A DNA stretch of 64,000 nucleotides from Ptychomitrium polyphyllum (lineage: Eukaryota). Positions 37,470 through 52,000 of the stretch are shown piece by piece. The notes under the pieces were generated by a model. It saw only the letters and a program-made list of their open reading frames with translations, had not been told where the DNA came from and made no database searches. The stretch lies in NCBI GenBank assembly GCA_973851085.1, contig OZ316776.1, forward strand, positions 13,392,001 to 13,456,000, read 5' to 3'. Every line of letters begins with the position of its first letter. Position 1 is the first letter of the stretch. Made by a program: the position numbers and the translations under genes.

Positions 37470-40400
37470 TCATTGCCTCAGGTGAGAGATACCGCCTTTC
37501 CCTGGTGTCAATAATTTATCCTTGACTCCCACAGTCGCAGAAACCTCCGGAGTATGATTGGGTAAATTATCGCTCTGTCCTGGCCTGTCCCATATTTTCA
37601 GATGGCCTTCATGGCAGGCTGTTATGATTGCTTCCTTTGAAAACAAAAGCCCCGATAACGGCTCCGCATGCACCCGGTGTGCCATCACAGGAGCCAACTT
37701 TGGTACCTCCTTTCGAGCAGGCGCATGACGTAATGGCCCTACCGAGTGCACTGCCCCATCCCAGCCTGTTGCCTGGTTAGTTGACAACACAGATGGAGAA
37801 CCGCAGGATACTGGTGCCAACCGCAGCGGTACAACCACCTCGTCCATGGACAGATCCCAAAGAAGCAATTGTGTATCCTGTATGCACACGATCCCAACAC
37901 GCTTGTGTGTAAATACAAGATGCTCAATATTATCTCGTCAAACAGTACATAATTCAATTTTCACAGCATAAATAGAAAAAAAGAATCCACGTTAGGACAA
38001 CATCTCACAACAAACTCTTCCCTTCTCAATTCGCATGGAAGTAAAATACCCAGACACAGCTCCATGCTATGCAGAAATAGAAATCTAACTAACTTACATG
38101 TACAACTTTGCATTGAGATACGCTGTTAATCTGCTGTTTTCACAAAACCTAGCATAATATAAGTGTCGCAACTCTAAATTCGGGAGGCTTAAAGAAGACA
38201 ACCAAAATACCTGTCCAACAGACCCAAATCTGTAGGTAGTGACATCCCCTACTCCAGTGTCAGGGGTAGGTGCTTCCCAATAGGGATCAAATGCCACCGC
38301 GCTAACCTGAACCGTTCACAACCACATCTCACAGAGTCAGCATGTATTTGAAGAAGCAAATCAGAAGCAAATGAAATAAACTAACAGTTTCTTACTGTGG
38401 ATGCTCATTGATGTCTAAGCAGTATCAAAGCTCTTAGGAGAACAGTCGTACTAAACACCTAGTAAGAAAACCTTGATGACAACTGTCACGAAGTAGAGAT
38501 AGATGTGGGAAAGAATATAGTACCCAAGAATTGTGTCCCTCGCCCCAAGCAACGACGGCTTGATCCTCCATACTCCAGACTTGTACAAGATCATCTTCCC
38601 CACCTGTCAAAATGTACTTCCCATCCGGACTGCCGATGCCAGTCACATCATGGTTTCCAGATCAGTTCTTCACCACCCAAAAACTCTATTTGCTCGATTA
38701 CGTTGAAGGGGATGTTACAGGATTTCCCTAACATGTACCCATATTACTTCCTGAAGTCCCATGTAATGTGTTCAACTCGAGATACACCATAAAGAACCTT
38801 TATCTCTTGTACATTACGTGTAGCTTACATAAGGCAGGAAAGTCAATACTGCATTCAGAAAACAGACTAACTGCAACACTTAAGATCGAGTTAAAGACAA
38901 TACCTCCATGAACAGCAAAGCAAAGCACCAAAATAACTCTTGCACCCACATACAAGGGTCTCCTTTGCATAGTCAAAAACCCTCAAGTACCCTGACACAA
39001 TGAAGGAATAAGGCAACCTCAAAAGTCAAGCTGAGAATAAATTCAGAAACTGCTTTTCTCCACTACAAATACTGAAAGCTAAATCCTCAGCAACCTTGCC
39101 AAAACTTCACAAGGTAACACAGAAGCATGATTCGTTTCCTTCAGAGTGAGATTGTTTTTGTTGAGTGTGTACAGCAGCAACTAAGTCGGCACAACAACAC
39201 ATTAAAACTCTTGTCATGTGAAAATAACGTACCATCCCGACCAACTGTAGCCAGATAAGCACCATCCCGAGAAAAGGCAAGTCCATTGATAGAGCCCTGG
39301 CATATGTGCCATCTGGCAATTGGGTTGCTCTGCAGATTGAATCATCAACGACGTTCCTGTCATTGTGAGCCATAAAACAAACATGGCTAAATCCTTTCCC
39401 AAAATCTAAGAGGAACGGTAAATTTAGAATTTTCATTTTCATTTTTATTTTATAAATTAAAAAGGAAGAAAAGAAGTGTCAACTGATTCCTAGATATTCC
39501 TCATGATTACAACAATGGATTTCTCTCCAAGAATACTATCTGGTCCGTTACCATCTAACTAAGCATAAAAATCCATTAGGAGTACCTTGCTAGACCTAGC
39601 ATGTGCAACATGAAACTGAGCCACGTCTTTGACAGGAGGAAATGGGGCATCTCCACTACCATCTTTTGTCTGCCACAAAAATATAAAACGTCATCCTTAA
39701 ATTTAGTCGTATTCAAAAAATCAGACTTGAGAGAACTGCATAATAAAATGCAGAATGGAAGTCAAAGGGAAAGGGAGGAGGTGCAAGCAGAGTCACAGTT
39801 TGTCAACATGCGATCCCAGTTGCTTTAGAAAGGCAGGAAAGATTAACCAAAGAAACACATCAACCATTCACTTTTCCCAGAAGGAAATATTCAGTAGTAT
39901 CATCCGCTGAAGTTGCCTCCAAACCTGAAGAGTTGGTAGCTGTGTGAATTGAGAGCTACTCATCAGAATTACCAAGAAAACAAGCAAATAGTAAGGCAAC
40001 TCACTTTGTCATAAACGAAAAGATTGCCATCAGCATGCGCTGCCACAAAAAGACCATCGGCGTTTGGAATATGAGAAACCGCAGTGCACCGACTGCACAA
40101 ATACAATGGCAGTTTGTTAAATAAGTGTACTGGCGGTATGAAAGTAAACTCAACCTCATATAACTACATTTCACCCCATCTGAAGCCCAGGAAACACAAC
40201 ATCTAATCATGACATATCCAAGTGAACATTCACATCACTATGCCTTTCACTAGCATAATCCTTCATTCAAAGCCCCTATTCCATAGTTTTATTGATGCAA
40301 TTCAAGCAATTTCAGACTAAACGATCCCCTCCAACCACATATATGACACCAGCACACATTCGATCGATTTTTAAGCGTCGCTAAATTCTTCAAAACCTCG

Positions 40401-42471
40401 AGGTATTTGCAAACCTCCACCAAATAGTTGGAAGCTGGATTATCCGTACCTGCCGTTGATAGAGCCATCTTTGTTAAAGTGCATGGCCCCAACTAACTTC
40501 TTCCCTGAGTCTTGCAATTGCTGTCTGAGCGATGCAGTGTAAACTGTATACATAGTCGATATAACTTCAGTCTCAGAAAGTCAGAGCAATGTCCTCTAAA
40601 TGCCTTCTTTTGTTGTCCAAAAAAGAAAAGTTGAGCTCAACAATAGGAAACAGTGTGGACAACTGATCATTTATTTCATAACTTGTAGAACACTCATAGC
40701 ATTTAATTTGACAGCATACTCAGAAAACATGGGGTGGATGTATCAGCAAATATTACTCTCTTCAAAAAGACAAGTAGGGAAGGAGAAACACTTACCATCC
40801 CCTGTACTCAAGCCAACGAGCAGGTCGTTGCCATCCTTGGTATCGTCGTCAAAGTGGTGACATACTGGATTAGCACTACTGAACTGGATGGCCTTGATTG
40901 GCTCCTGATAGCACAGATTTTCAGACCTCAATGACATGGCTTAGGTACGTGTAATACAACCACATAAAAACACAGTGTCACAGACTCAAATGATAAATGT
41001 ACTCGCAGCTAACTTGCAACACTCCATTAAAAATAAAGAGTTCCAAACTCTAGTCAGACTTTCTAAAACCCTCAATTCCTAGAATTGAACCCTTCCTTTG
41101 TGAAACCATGGCAGTAACAAGTTTTCATTAACCCATTAACATCTTCGCTACCCGACAGAGAGCACCAATGTACTAGCACCCATCAGTAGTAAAGCCCATA
41201 AATAAGGTTTGTTCTCCTTTAGAGCCAAATCAGCTGCTAGGCAAAAAAAACATCTATAGGATTCCAACAATCCAAGAACAAATTCCACTAGCACGTAACC
41301 CTGATTGACGAGCACATTACTCTAATTTCGCAAGAGTCAACAAGACATTGGGATCATGAGAATGAGCGAATCTCAAACCTTGATGCACAGCAGTTGCTTG
41401 TTTTTCATACTACATTCGCACCAAGATAATATTCATTCAACAGTACGAGATTTACGATTTAAAACTACTTATGTTTGTTACTGCTAAGGAGTGGAGCTGT
41501 GAGAAAATAAGGAACTGCTTCAGGAAGAATTTTATGGGGATTCCATCTCACACTTTTGCAATATACAATTACAACGAGTTTGGTTTGACAACTTCGCAAA
41601 TTGTCAAGTGACCCAGAAAACGCGAGTCGGGGCCATCCTGGCAAAGTGCAGCAAAACACAAGGAAATCTTCTGGCTATGTGCATATAGTATTTCATGACA
41701 TTGCATGGAAATGAAATAGTGCTTGTCTTAGATGAAGAGTACCAATTCCGCCAACAACAACAAACGAACGCTCTGGAAAGACACACTTACCTTGTCTTGC
41801 GAGTAGTAGTCACTGATGAAGATAGCATCACCCACGTTGAAAATTAAGTAAGTGCCTTCCCCGTCATAAGAGGAGGTCAAAGGACCGTTGCTCAATCCCA
41901 CAGTTCCGCCGGCATTGCTTGCAGTTGGAGACTTGCTGCTCCCACTAAGCCTACCAGTGAACCCATTCCCTCCTCCAAACCCCAGACTCCTACTGCCATT
42001 GCCTGCTCCCAAAAGCCGAGCAGCTGTGAAACGCACGCCTCCTGCAGTGCTGGAATTACCACTGCTAGCAGACGACGATTGAGTCGGCTTCTCTTTCAGA
42101 TGCGCCAACGTCACCTGCAGCAACAGATGCAGAGCGCACAAACCACTAGTCAGAAAAAGAGTACCCTAATCATGCAGTGCCAGAGCACAAGCCTCGCGAT
42201 GCTACCGATGTCGAAATTAACAAAAAAAAGAAACGAAAGAAAATAACATATGGAAGCCGCCCTAAAGCGATTGCCAGCACAAGGTAGGGCAGGGGTGGAA
42301 TTGCGAAGGAGCGGGGTCCAGAGGAGACCCGCATACCTGCGTGATGACCTTCTGAGCAAGGGAATAGTGCGGGATGGCCTGGGGGTGCGTCTTGTCGCGG
42401 CTGAGGTTGTAGCGGCCCTCGGGAGTCTTGAAGTGCGTCCGCACGCCGGGCGTGGCAGTGGACGTGGCCAT
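37470..42471 (-). CDS. WDR20: WD40 protein of the WDR20/DMWD/CreC family (deubiquitinase cofactor; LRS1-like), ~542 aa, 11 exons
   Basis: Exons (-): 42471-42337, 42114-41791, 40904-40796, 40543-40450, 40092-40005, 39669-39586, 39329-39233, 38991-38904, 38629-38524, 38306-38211, 37877-37470. Motifs: [99 protein letters not shown]. Confidence 0.95.
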
Positions 42472-42485
42472 GAGAGGGGATGAGT

Positions 42486-43058
42486 GGGGGGGGGGGTGGG
42501 GGGGGGATCAGCTGTAGCGGCGCATGATGCAGGCAGCAACAGCGAGAGCGAGAGCGAGAGAGAGAGGGAGGGAGAGGGAGAGGAAGAGCGAGAGCGAGAG
42601 GGAGAGCGAGAGCGAGGGTAACGAGCGACGCACAAAGGGATGGCGCACGTGGAGCTGGGAGACAGGAGAAGTGGGTGTGCCGTGGGGGTAAGGCAGTAAG
42701 AAGGGCAGTAAGCGCGAGGGAGACGACGGGGACGACGGGGACGACGGAGCTGCGAGCGACGCTGCCACCACCCCGCTGTGCCCTGCGAGCACCGCTCTCG
42801 CTTGCACCTCCCCTCCCCTCCCCTCCCCTCCCCTCCCCTCCCGCCGCACCCACGCACCCGCGCACCCGCAACAACCAGGCACCAGGCACCAGGCACCCGC
42901 ACCACCCCCACCACCCCCACTACCCCTCCACAATGTGCCATAGGCTGCTTCTTTTGTATATTCTGTCTCACATTCCATCCATTTGGACTATCTGGAGCAA
43001 GAGTGAACATGTCTTGAACTGGTTCTCCTTAATCAACTGTACAAGCCCAAGCCCAAGC
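42486..43058. repeat. Cluster of simple repeats in the WDR20 leader and promoter
   Basis: Poly-G 42486-42506, GA/GCGAGA runs 42541-42618, (GACGACGGG)n ~42723-42748, (CCCCT)n ~42806-42842, (CACCAGG)n ~42873-42897, (AAGCCC)n site-II-like ~43043-43058. Confidence 0.9.
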
Positions 43059-43099
43059 CGTGTACTCTTCTAGTGTACTAACTACATACCTCATCTCCT

Positions 43100-46000
43100 C
43101 ATTTGTACAATTTGTCCTTTAGGCACTATATACAAGTTTTTTCTTGCCATTCCTAATTTTTGATGTTTTGTTTTAAAAGATCATGGAGTTTATAGAAGGA
43201 TTGGTTGTTTTCAATTCTATTTTTGTATAAGAATAAGAACAAAGCGTAGTGTATGACTATTATTTGTTCTAGGAGGTGTTTCTTATGGATGTAACAGGAA
43301 TTTCCAAAAGTTCCTTCTAATATTTCCATTTGGGAGATATATGTATGGCCTCTAGTTTTAATTGTGATTATTAGAAGTCTTGTTACATATCAACCTCTAG
43401 TAATAATGTCATCAATAAGTGGTTGGTATTATCATTTTTCCTTGTAATGGCTTATTTAATAAACTATTGCTGCGCTATGAGAATTTAATAAGTTAGATTG
43501 CTAAGTTTAAATTTAGATTTTCTAACAATGGATATTCATTTGATAATCCTTTAATATATTATTGAACATTTCAATTGCATCTTTGGTTGTCACAAGTATA
43601 TGGCAGGAGCCAAAGTAAGGCTCATTTTTCTTATGAATTATTGTTAAAAGTAGTGACATTCATGAGCATTTAATATTTGAATTTTTTATAGATACAAGAA
43701 GCTTTCTAATATTTCAAATAGCTTTATTACATCAATTTTTTTAAATTAAAGCATGAATATACTAATGTCTATATTTAAAACACATGTGTAGCAATTTAAC
43801 TAGGTCTTTTCTTTCAAAAGAAAATTAATTATAAACATGTTCCATATATAATCTAATGCAATATTTCCATCAACATGGTTTTTACACAATTCAAATAATT
43901 AGGTTTCATATAAATCATTTAATAATTTATGTTTATGTTTTCATATATGATCCACTTTTTTATGTTAGAAAGTTTTAATGCAATAATTTCTAAGTTTTGT
44001 TTTAATCATGCATAATAATGTCTCTTTTTTAAAATTTCATAGGATCATTTTTGAATATTTGATGCATTGAGTGCAATTTTTTTTTGGAAAGTAATATGAT
44101 GTAGAGTATACATGTTTATAAAGATAAGTAGCATTTTGATGTCCTTGATAACAACCAATTTAAATTAATTTGATTTGGTTATTCATTTCCATTAATGTTG
44201 TTGTAGTTTATATATGGTTTAATAGCATTTGTACCATGAAAGGTAGTTATATTTTGTTTTAGATGCTTATTAGAAAATGTGAAGTTTTTGTTTGTTTATG
44301 TTCTATCATTATAATATAAGAAGGTATACAAATTTGGATTTTTTTTTGTTACTATATATTTTAATGTTGGCCAAAGTTGGTGAAATAATTTATATATGTT
44401 TTTGATGTACTTGAATAATGTTGACAATTCTAATAGGTTGTTACATTTAGTCAAGAATACCTATACTTGTATTTTGATGGCAAATATACGTATATGTAAA
44501 GAAACGATTTAATATAAGATTCAATATTTAATTTGGAAGAAGACTTGTTGGTTCTTCATTTATTCATTATAATAATAAGCCCATATATGTTTAATAAAAA
44601 TTAGTGGTACAAAACTATTCCTTCCTTAAAAACTTCCATAGCTTTATACAAAACTTAAAAGTTAATATCATGGTCCAATTCATTTGTATTGTAATGTAAA
44701 TGTATTATTTTTACAAATCATTTTTTAATTCAAAATTTAATACATTAATAGGATTGTATGATTTTAGAAATAATTTAAATATTTTTTCTATTTTTGTCAT
44801 TAAAAAAATGCTATTGCTAGTAGATATATAATTCTAAATTGATATCTATTATTATCTAACTTTGAGCAAACATTAAAAATTTGTGAAAGCATGAGCCTTC
44901 TTTATTTCCATGTGTTGGAACTTAAGGATAATATTTTAGCATTAAAATTATAGCAACTCAAAATGAAAACCATATTTATATATATATGAAGCATAGCATA
45001 GTTGTTGTAAGTGATGAAAGATAGCAAATTGTAAAAGTGTATAAAGTAGATTGTGCCTAAACATGATATGTAGTAGTGTTAATATCATTTAGATTATTGC
45101 TGCAATTGCGGCTTAGAAAAGTTAAGTTTTAATTGAAAAGAAGAAGTGCAAGCAACATATTTATAAAATGTGTGGTTATGGATGTAAAATAGGTAATTAC
45201 GAGCGGCAACCTAACGTATCCTTTGTAAATCCAACATTCACTAGAGCCAACACTCATCTAAAATTAATACTATTTAATTTCCTATATATATATATACCTT
45301 AATTTAAACATATTATTATACAGTGCTCTTATATTTTCCATTACATTCTTCCAATAATCCAATTTACCAAAAAAAAACACCCTTTTTAATACATTCTATA
45401 TATATTGCTTTGTATTGTTTTTCTTGCACAAGGGCCATTGTTGTAGCAAATTTATGCATAATTTAACTCATTCTTGTGATTAACTATTGTCTTTCTTCTT
45501 CTCTTTGTATATATGCAATTTTTGAAATTAATTATGAGTTTTGTCACATATATAATCATGTTGCAATATTATTTGTTCCATATAGAATTGAATAAATTCA
45601 CTCAATATTCAATAAGATCTAGCCTTATGCACTATTAAATAGTGCAAATGAGATGTTAGACCAATAACTAATAAATTTTAATATATTCAACAAGGAATAT
45701 TACACTATATATGTAATTACAATTGCATGCATATTTTGAAGCACTTTTTTTGACAATCTTCTTCAATATTAAAATTGCACCTCACATCTTTTCTGCATCA
45801 TATTTATCCAAATAATATATTCAAAGTAGTTTTGATTTTGCATCATTCAATAATTATTCAAGTAAATAATTCTTGTCAACATTTAAATTAAGCCTATAGA
45901 TTTGAATTTTTTTATTAAGTTAAATTGGCATTAAAAAAATATCAATTCCAAAGCAACTTAAAAACTAATTCAAAAATATTATTAAACAAAACAAAGTATA

Positions 46001-49000
46001 AAGTGTGATAATAACCATGATTCTTAATAAACCACAATAGTATTGTAATGAATTAAAATTTGTTGATGAAATACCTATTGTTATGTTTTGAACAATTTCA
46101 ATAAATTTTTAATACAAAATATATAGTGTATTTTGGTACAATATTGTATTCAAAAGACTTTGAATAATCTACATAGATAAATATGCAATAAAAATAAAAA
46201 TGAACTATTTATCAACATGCTATTAAAATAAAGTATATTACAACATTGGAAATATTACTATTTGAAATGTATATTAATTTGTAATTTAAAATAAAATGCT
46301 AAAGTATTCATTTTAGATGATTTATTTTTGAACATCCAATTTTGTGATTGTTGATATAGTGTATATTATAAGTAGAACCATCCAAAATATGATATGTAAC
46401 ATATATATAATTATTCTTTGATTGTACTTGTTAACATCTATCAATGTATTTTATAATGATTTTAAAGTTTTGCTATTTGATATTAGATTATACATTAGCC
46501 TACTAACCATTGCAATGAATATTCATAAAATCAAGAATAGAGTAATGTTCCAAATTATACTTTTACAACATTGATTTTGAAATTTTAACTTTTATTAGTT
46601 ATAGGTGATTTTATAGATGTTTATGTAATAGCATACTTGACAATGTCTTGTTGTTTTCTAATAATAATAAAACTTCACCTTTGCATTGGAATGTAAGAAA
46701 TTTAATATGGATTCTAATACATGCATGTAGTAGCTAATGAGTTAAGCAATGTAAAAAGATTGAAGCAACTTCTTATAATGTAGTAATACGTTTAAAGATA
46801 TTTTTGAAAACATTGTATTGTGTATTTAATATTCTTTTGTATTTTATATAATTTCTTTTATGCAATTTGTATTCTTAACTTTAAATTCTTTTAGAATGTG
46901 CTTTTTGAGCAATTGTATTTGTATAACTTTAATTTCATATACTTTTTATTTACTAAACATTTAAATTATAGCATTAAACTTATAGATTTTAAAGCTTTTT
47001 CTGGTGTATTTAAAAGCATATGTGTATTTATATCATTGCTAATTTCACAATTTGTTTTTTATTTATAATTTATGCTATTCTTGCAAAAGAATACACTAAC
47101 AAAATTTACACTTCATTTATCTTCAAAACTATTTTAAGATTACAAGTAAATTAAGATTAAGAATCATGTTTAGGGTTCATCAAGTGAAACTTTCTTCTTG
47201 TGGTAAACGTTATAGAGGTCAACATCTCTGTAGAGGAAATCACCACCATCATTTTTTAACAACGACACCATGTAGTCAATATCACACTGAACGAACATCT
47301 TCCGTCCATTTAACTGGAATGCCACCATTTCTTAATCTATCAAATTATCAAAGTAATGTAAATAAGTCCCAACAATTGGATAGTGTTGCTCTAAGTAAAA
47401 CTGTTTCGCAAAGCACACCAGAAAACAATTCACTGGAGGAAGTGAATGATGATTCTGATTTAAATAAAACTACAATCGAAGATGAAAATACGAGCTCAAG
47501 GACAATACAAGAAACTTCAATAATATCAAGAACCACCACCAGTAATACAACGAGTGATATGCAAAGTTTGAAAGGAGGTCCCAATAATACAATAGAAGAA
47601 GATTCAGTGAAGAGTCTCGAGGAAAAAGATCTAGAATTAACATGGATTAACTGGGATATGCCAGGCAACCACACTCCATGTCCATTTCATCCTCGCAATG
47701 TGACTGGTCAACTATCAATACAAGCTCGCCGTCCTCAAGTAAGACATCACCATGTTAAAAGATTAGCAGGATCAATATGAACGTTCTGTAAAATATATTC
47801 TATCCTTCATAATGATTTTCTGGTGTTTTCCACTGCCATTGATTGCCTGCATAAAATAAATTTAGTTGAACGTAATATGTGCAGATTTTGACAGAAGGCA
47901 TTTCCCAGAAATGCGCTTTATTACATGCATTGGTTTTGCACACCAATATGCCACCATACTGTGCAAAAATGATCAAAGCCATCAAAATGTTTGCACTACG
48001 CATGGTAGCGGCAGTTAGAGTATGCCACTTTCATACCACTTGGTACAACAATTTGCACTTCCAAATGTAATTAGCAATATATTTATCAGTAGTATGTATA
48101 TCAGTAATATATACATGTATGCAGATGAAATGTTTTGCAAACAAAATAAATAACACCTAAGAAAAAACTTGTGTTTAGTGTCCTGAGTAAATGCTTTTTT
48201 ATGGTAATTTTAAAGGAACCTCAATTTTTAAATAAATTTATGTACAGAGTAAAAAAACTGTCACCGTTCCAATTGATATAAGAGAACTTTTATTATCATA
48301 CGAGTTTTTGGTTGATGCACCAGGTTTAAATCATTTAGATTTGAAGGTAAATATAGCAATAACGCACAACAGGTTTGTTTATTTTGTAACATTCATTTTT
48401 ATTGTAAATAATCACTACTGTGGAAATTTTATATTATTTACTAAAATCTTCATATATCAGAAAAATTAAACTGTTTATTTATTATCATGATTTTTACAGT
48501 TTCAAAATAGGTCATTACAATCTTAGTGTCATTAAGAATTCTTTAACTACTACTAGAGTTGGCCATTTGTAATATCATAGTTTTTTACATGAGATGTAAT
48601 AAAATAAACTCTTAGATGTACAATTTTAACTAAAATTTGCAATTGCGTGATGTTTTTATAATTTTAATGCTGAACCAAGTGATATGTAAGTAACAAATTT
48701 CACTATAAATGGAATACTACTTTGTATGTTAAGAACAGAAAAGATATAATATCCATTCAATGATTATAACAATGTCACACGTGCAATAAAAAAATGCATT
48801 AAGTAAATAGGTGCAACAGGTACAAGTAGAAAAGGATAAAGTTTTAAAAATAAGTGGGGAATCAAGGCCCAATCTTCTTGAAAGTAATCAAGAGATAAAG
48901 TTTGTGTTATCAGAAAGAAATTTGGGAAGATTTATGCGCAAATTCAACTTGCCATCATATATCAATTTAGACGGCATTACAGCTGTGTGTGAAGATGGAC

Positions 49001-52000
49001 TTTTGACTGTGGTAGTACCAAAATATCAACCTCCTGCTCCACAGCAGCCACGAACATTTGATGTCCCAATTAGCTTGGTCACTGTTTAATGAGACAACTA
49101 TTATTTCCTTATACCTGTAAATTACAAGACAGTGAACTACATTCTTTCCCTGAACCATGAATTTAATCAATCTTCTGCTCTTGTATTGTAAATTCCAAAT
49201 GATGAAATGATTATTTTAAATAATCAAACATTATATACATACATATATATATATGTGCATGTGTGTATTTCCACATATAGACCATGGCATTCTTTATATT
49301 TTCTTGTAAAGACACAATAAAACACGTTTGTAATGGCTACAAGTTCTTTTTTTCCAGAGATTAAAGAACCAATTCTAGTCACTATTTGAAACTACATTAT
49401 AATGGCACATTTACAATAATAGGTCATAAATTACTTCCCACTAATATAGTGTTTTATTTATGCACATACAAGGTACTTTTTACCCAAATGAAGTATTGTT
49501 CTCATACATCAACCTTATTTTAGTTTAAATTTTTTGTCAATATTAACTTTCATTAAAATGCAAAAAACTTTGTATTTCTTCATGTTTTGTTAAAGCAAAA
49601 TATTGATAATATTGTTGTGAATTTACCCAAAATTGACTTGATAAGCTTCAGTTATGGAATTTTCTATAGAAATATCTTGTATAATATAATGGTAGATATT
49701 TTTCTTTGACTAATAATTTTACAGATTTTCTTTTAAAAGCTGATATGTTTAATTTTCAATATTTAACCAACCAGTTGTTACAAACTTTTTTAGCAAGCCA
49801 TTATATAAAGAACAATAAGCAAATTATGTTTTCTAATTAAACATTTCAACAATTTTAAGTTGCATTGAAAAACCTCACAACTAACTCATATGTCAATTTT
49901 TCAAGAGTCCATATCCATTTCATTTCTTATAAAGCTATATCATTATCTGTTCCCATTTGAATTTGGTACATACGTGGCTAAGTTTCTTCTATAGTTTCAC
50001 CATAGAAGAACCAGCAACAAAATTTATTTCTGCCTTTGCCTTATAACCTATACTTTCTGAAAAAATATGTTTTTTTAGAATTAGATTTTTAATTTAAATA
50101 TGGCCTTCAATATGAAAATTATCTCAAAAACCTTTGTAGGCATTGTATTTTGTAGATTGTGTTTTAAATTTTGCAATAATTGAAATTATTAAAGAAATAT
50201 ATAAAATTGAGTCCAATTTTTTTATATAATAAAAGCTAAAGATACTATTGTCAATATTTAAATATAAACTTTGGAATTTGAAATTTACAATTCCTTCTAA
50301 ATTTTAAATGCATTAAATTACTAAAAAGTCTAAGTATGATTGGGCTTTCTTATTTTGAATAAAAACTGGCATGATAAATTCAATTTGAGAAGAAAATACA
50401 AGAAAAAATATTATTATGGCTCTAATTTTGATTTGAATAAAAAAAAATCTTTGATCACAAGATTTTGTTGCATATTTTAATCCTCTATATAATAAATATT
50501 TTTTGCATCGCTTGTTTTTTTTAACAAACTATTGTTAAGCAAGTAATTTTCTACCATTTTTTTTTTAATAAAAACTTGGTTTTTATATGTTCAACCATCT
50601 TTTCAAAATTCAAGATTCATTAAAAACATCCTTCTTGCAATAAACGGCACTAAGTATTTCTTTACAATGTTTAATGTAAAAAAGAACTAAACGTTTTATT
50701 CTAGATTATTATATTTTTTGAAAATATATTAATTAGACGCTCTTACTTAATAATATTTCTTTATTTTCTTAGATATTTGGGTATACAAATTATTACTTTA
50801 AACTAATTATAGTTTAATAATTTCTATTTGATTATTTTATTCAACTCAAAGGTTTACATTTGGCATTTCATTTTTATCATTCTTTTTCTTAGTACTTTAC
50901 TTTTCCTTTCAATGATTATAATACATTTTCTTTTCTTGATAGGTGGCTAAAAATATATATATTTGAGAATTCAAAATTTCATAACTAATTGAATATTTGA
51001 CTTGTAAATTTTTCGCAGTATGTATTTTTTATAAAATTAATAATACTCACGCATTTCAACTTTATTTCCAGAAAGCTGCAAAATAATATAGCATATCTTC
51101 TTCCATTTTGTACCAAAACACCAAGAATTATAATATATGTATATTTGATGTATATAAAATCAAAATTTATTCCAAATATCATTGTAAAAAAATATTGAAG
51201 GTAGTGTATGCTAATTTTAATGCTTTTTCTTTAAAGTGGACTATATAGATTGTGTTTTATAATTTAAATCTTAATTGAATATTGGTGTGATTTGAATTTT
51301 GATAAAGACACCTTAATTTTGTTTTAATAATAATAATATAATAAAAAACAAAATTAGTTTTCAAATACAAATTATTTTGAAAAGAAATGTACTTTAGATC
51401 CAATAATCTAAACATCTTTGTAACTTGAAAAATTACATGACTTGATATTAAAAAAAAAACTTTATAAATGTACTCCTACTAATGAAAACAAATCCAAACT
51501 ATAAAATTTCACTTTTCATTTCAACAATTGGTACAAAAAGGCTAATATCAACTCTTAAATTTATTTATTTGAAATAATACACCAAAGAATAAAAATGAAA
51601 ACAAAATATTTATTTTTTTGATTTCAAATATTAAGTTTTGTTAAATTGTAAATTGGTAGATTTAATGAAGGTTTAATCTTTAAAACACAAAGCTTAAAAT
51701 AAAAGTAAAAAAACTAAGTAAATGTAAAGAATGTTTTAATGCTATATAAAATTAGATATGAAACTCATCTTAATAACCTCAAACAATAAGTTATAATCAG
51801 CTTAAAATATAAACAAAAAATTATATACTTTATATATAATTATTTGATCAAATGTTGTATTTAGCTTGTTATGAATCACAATTATATCTTAGAAATTGCA
51901 AAAATTTTGATGCATTTTCATTTTGTTTACATTAATATCTACATTACAAGAAAATTAAAGTAGAACATGAATATTTCTTAAGGATTTATCTATTGGCAGT

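Noticed and set aside
42150..43073. ORFs up to 286 aa upstream of WDR20
   Set aside because: Low-complexity translations of GC-rich simple repeats in the leader and promoter.
43260..44500. Scattered AG...GT exon-like fragments in the AT block
   Set aside because: Could not be chained into a stop-free frame or matched to any family; such signals are frequent in AT-rich DNA.
47640..47670. WDMPG in sHSP exon 1 as the ACD DMPG motif
   Set aside because: The true equivalent (LVDAPGL) is in exon 48248-48346; the resemblance is probably coincidental.
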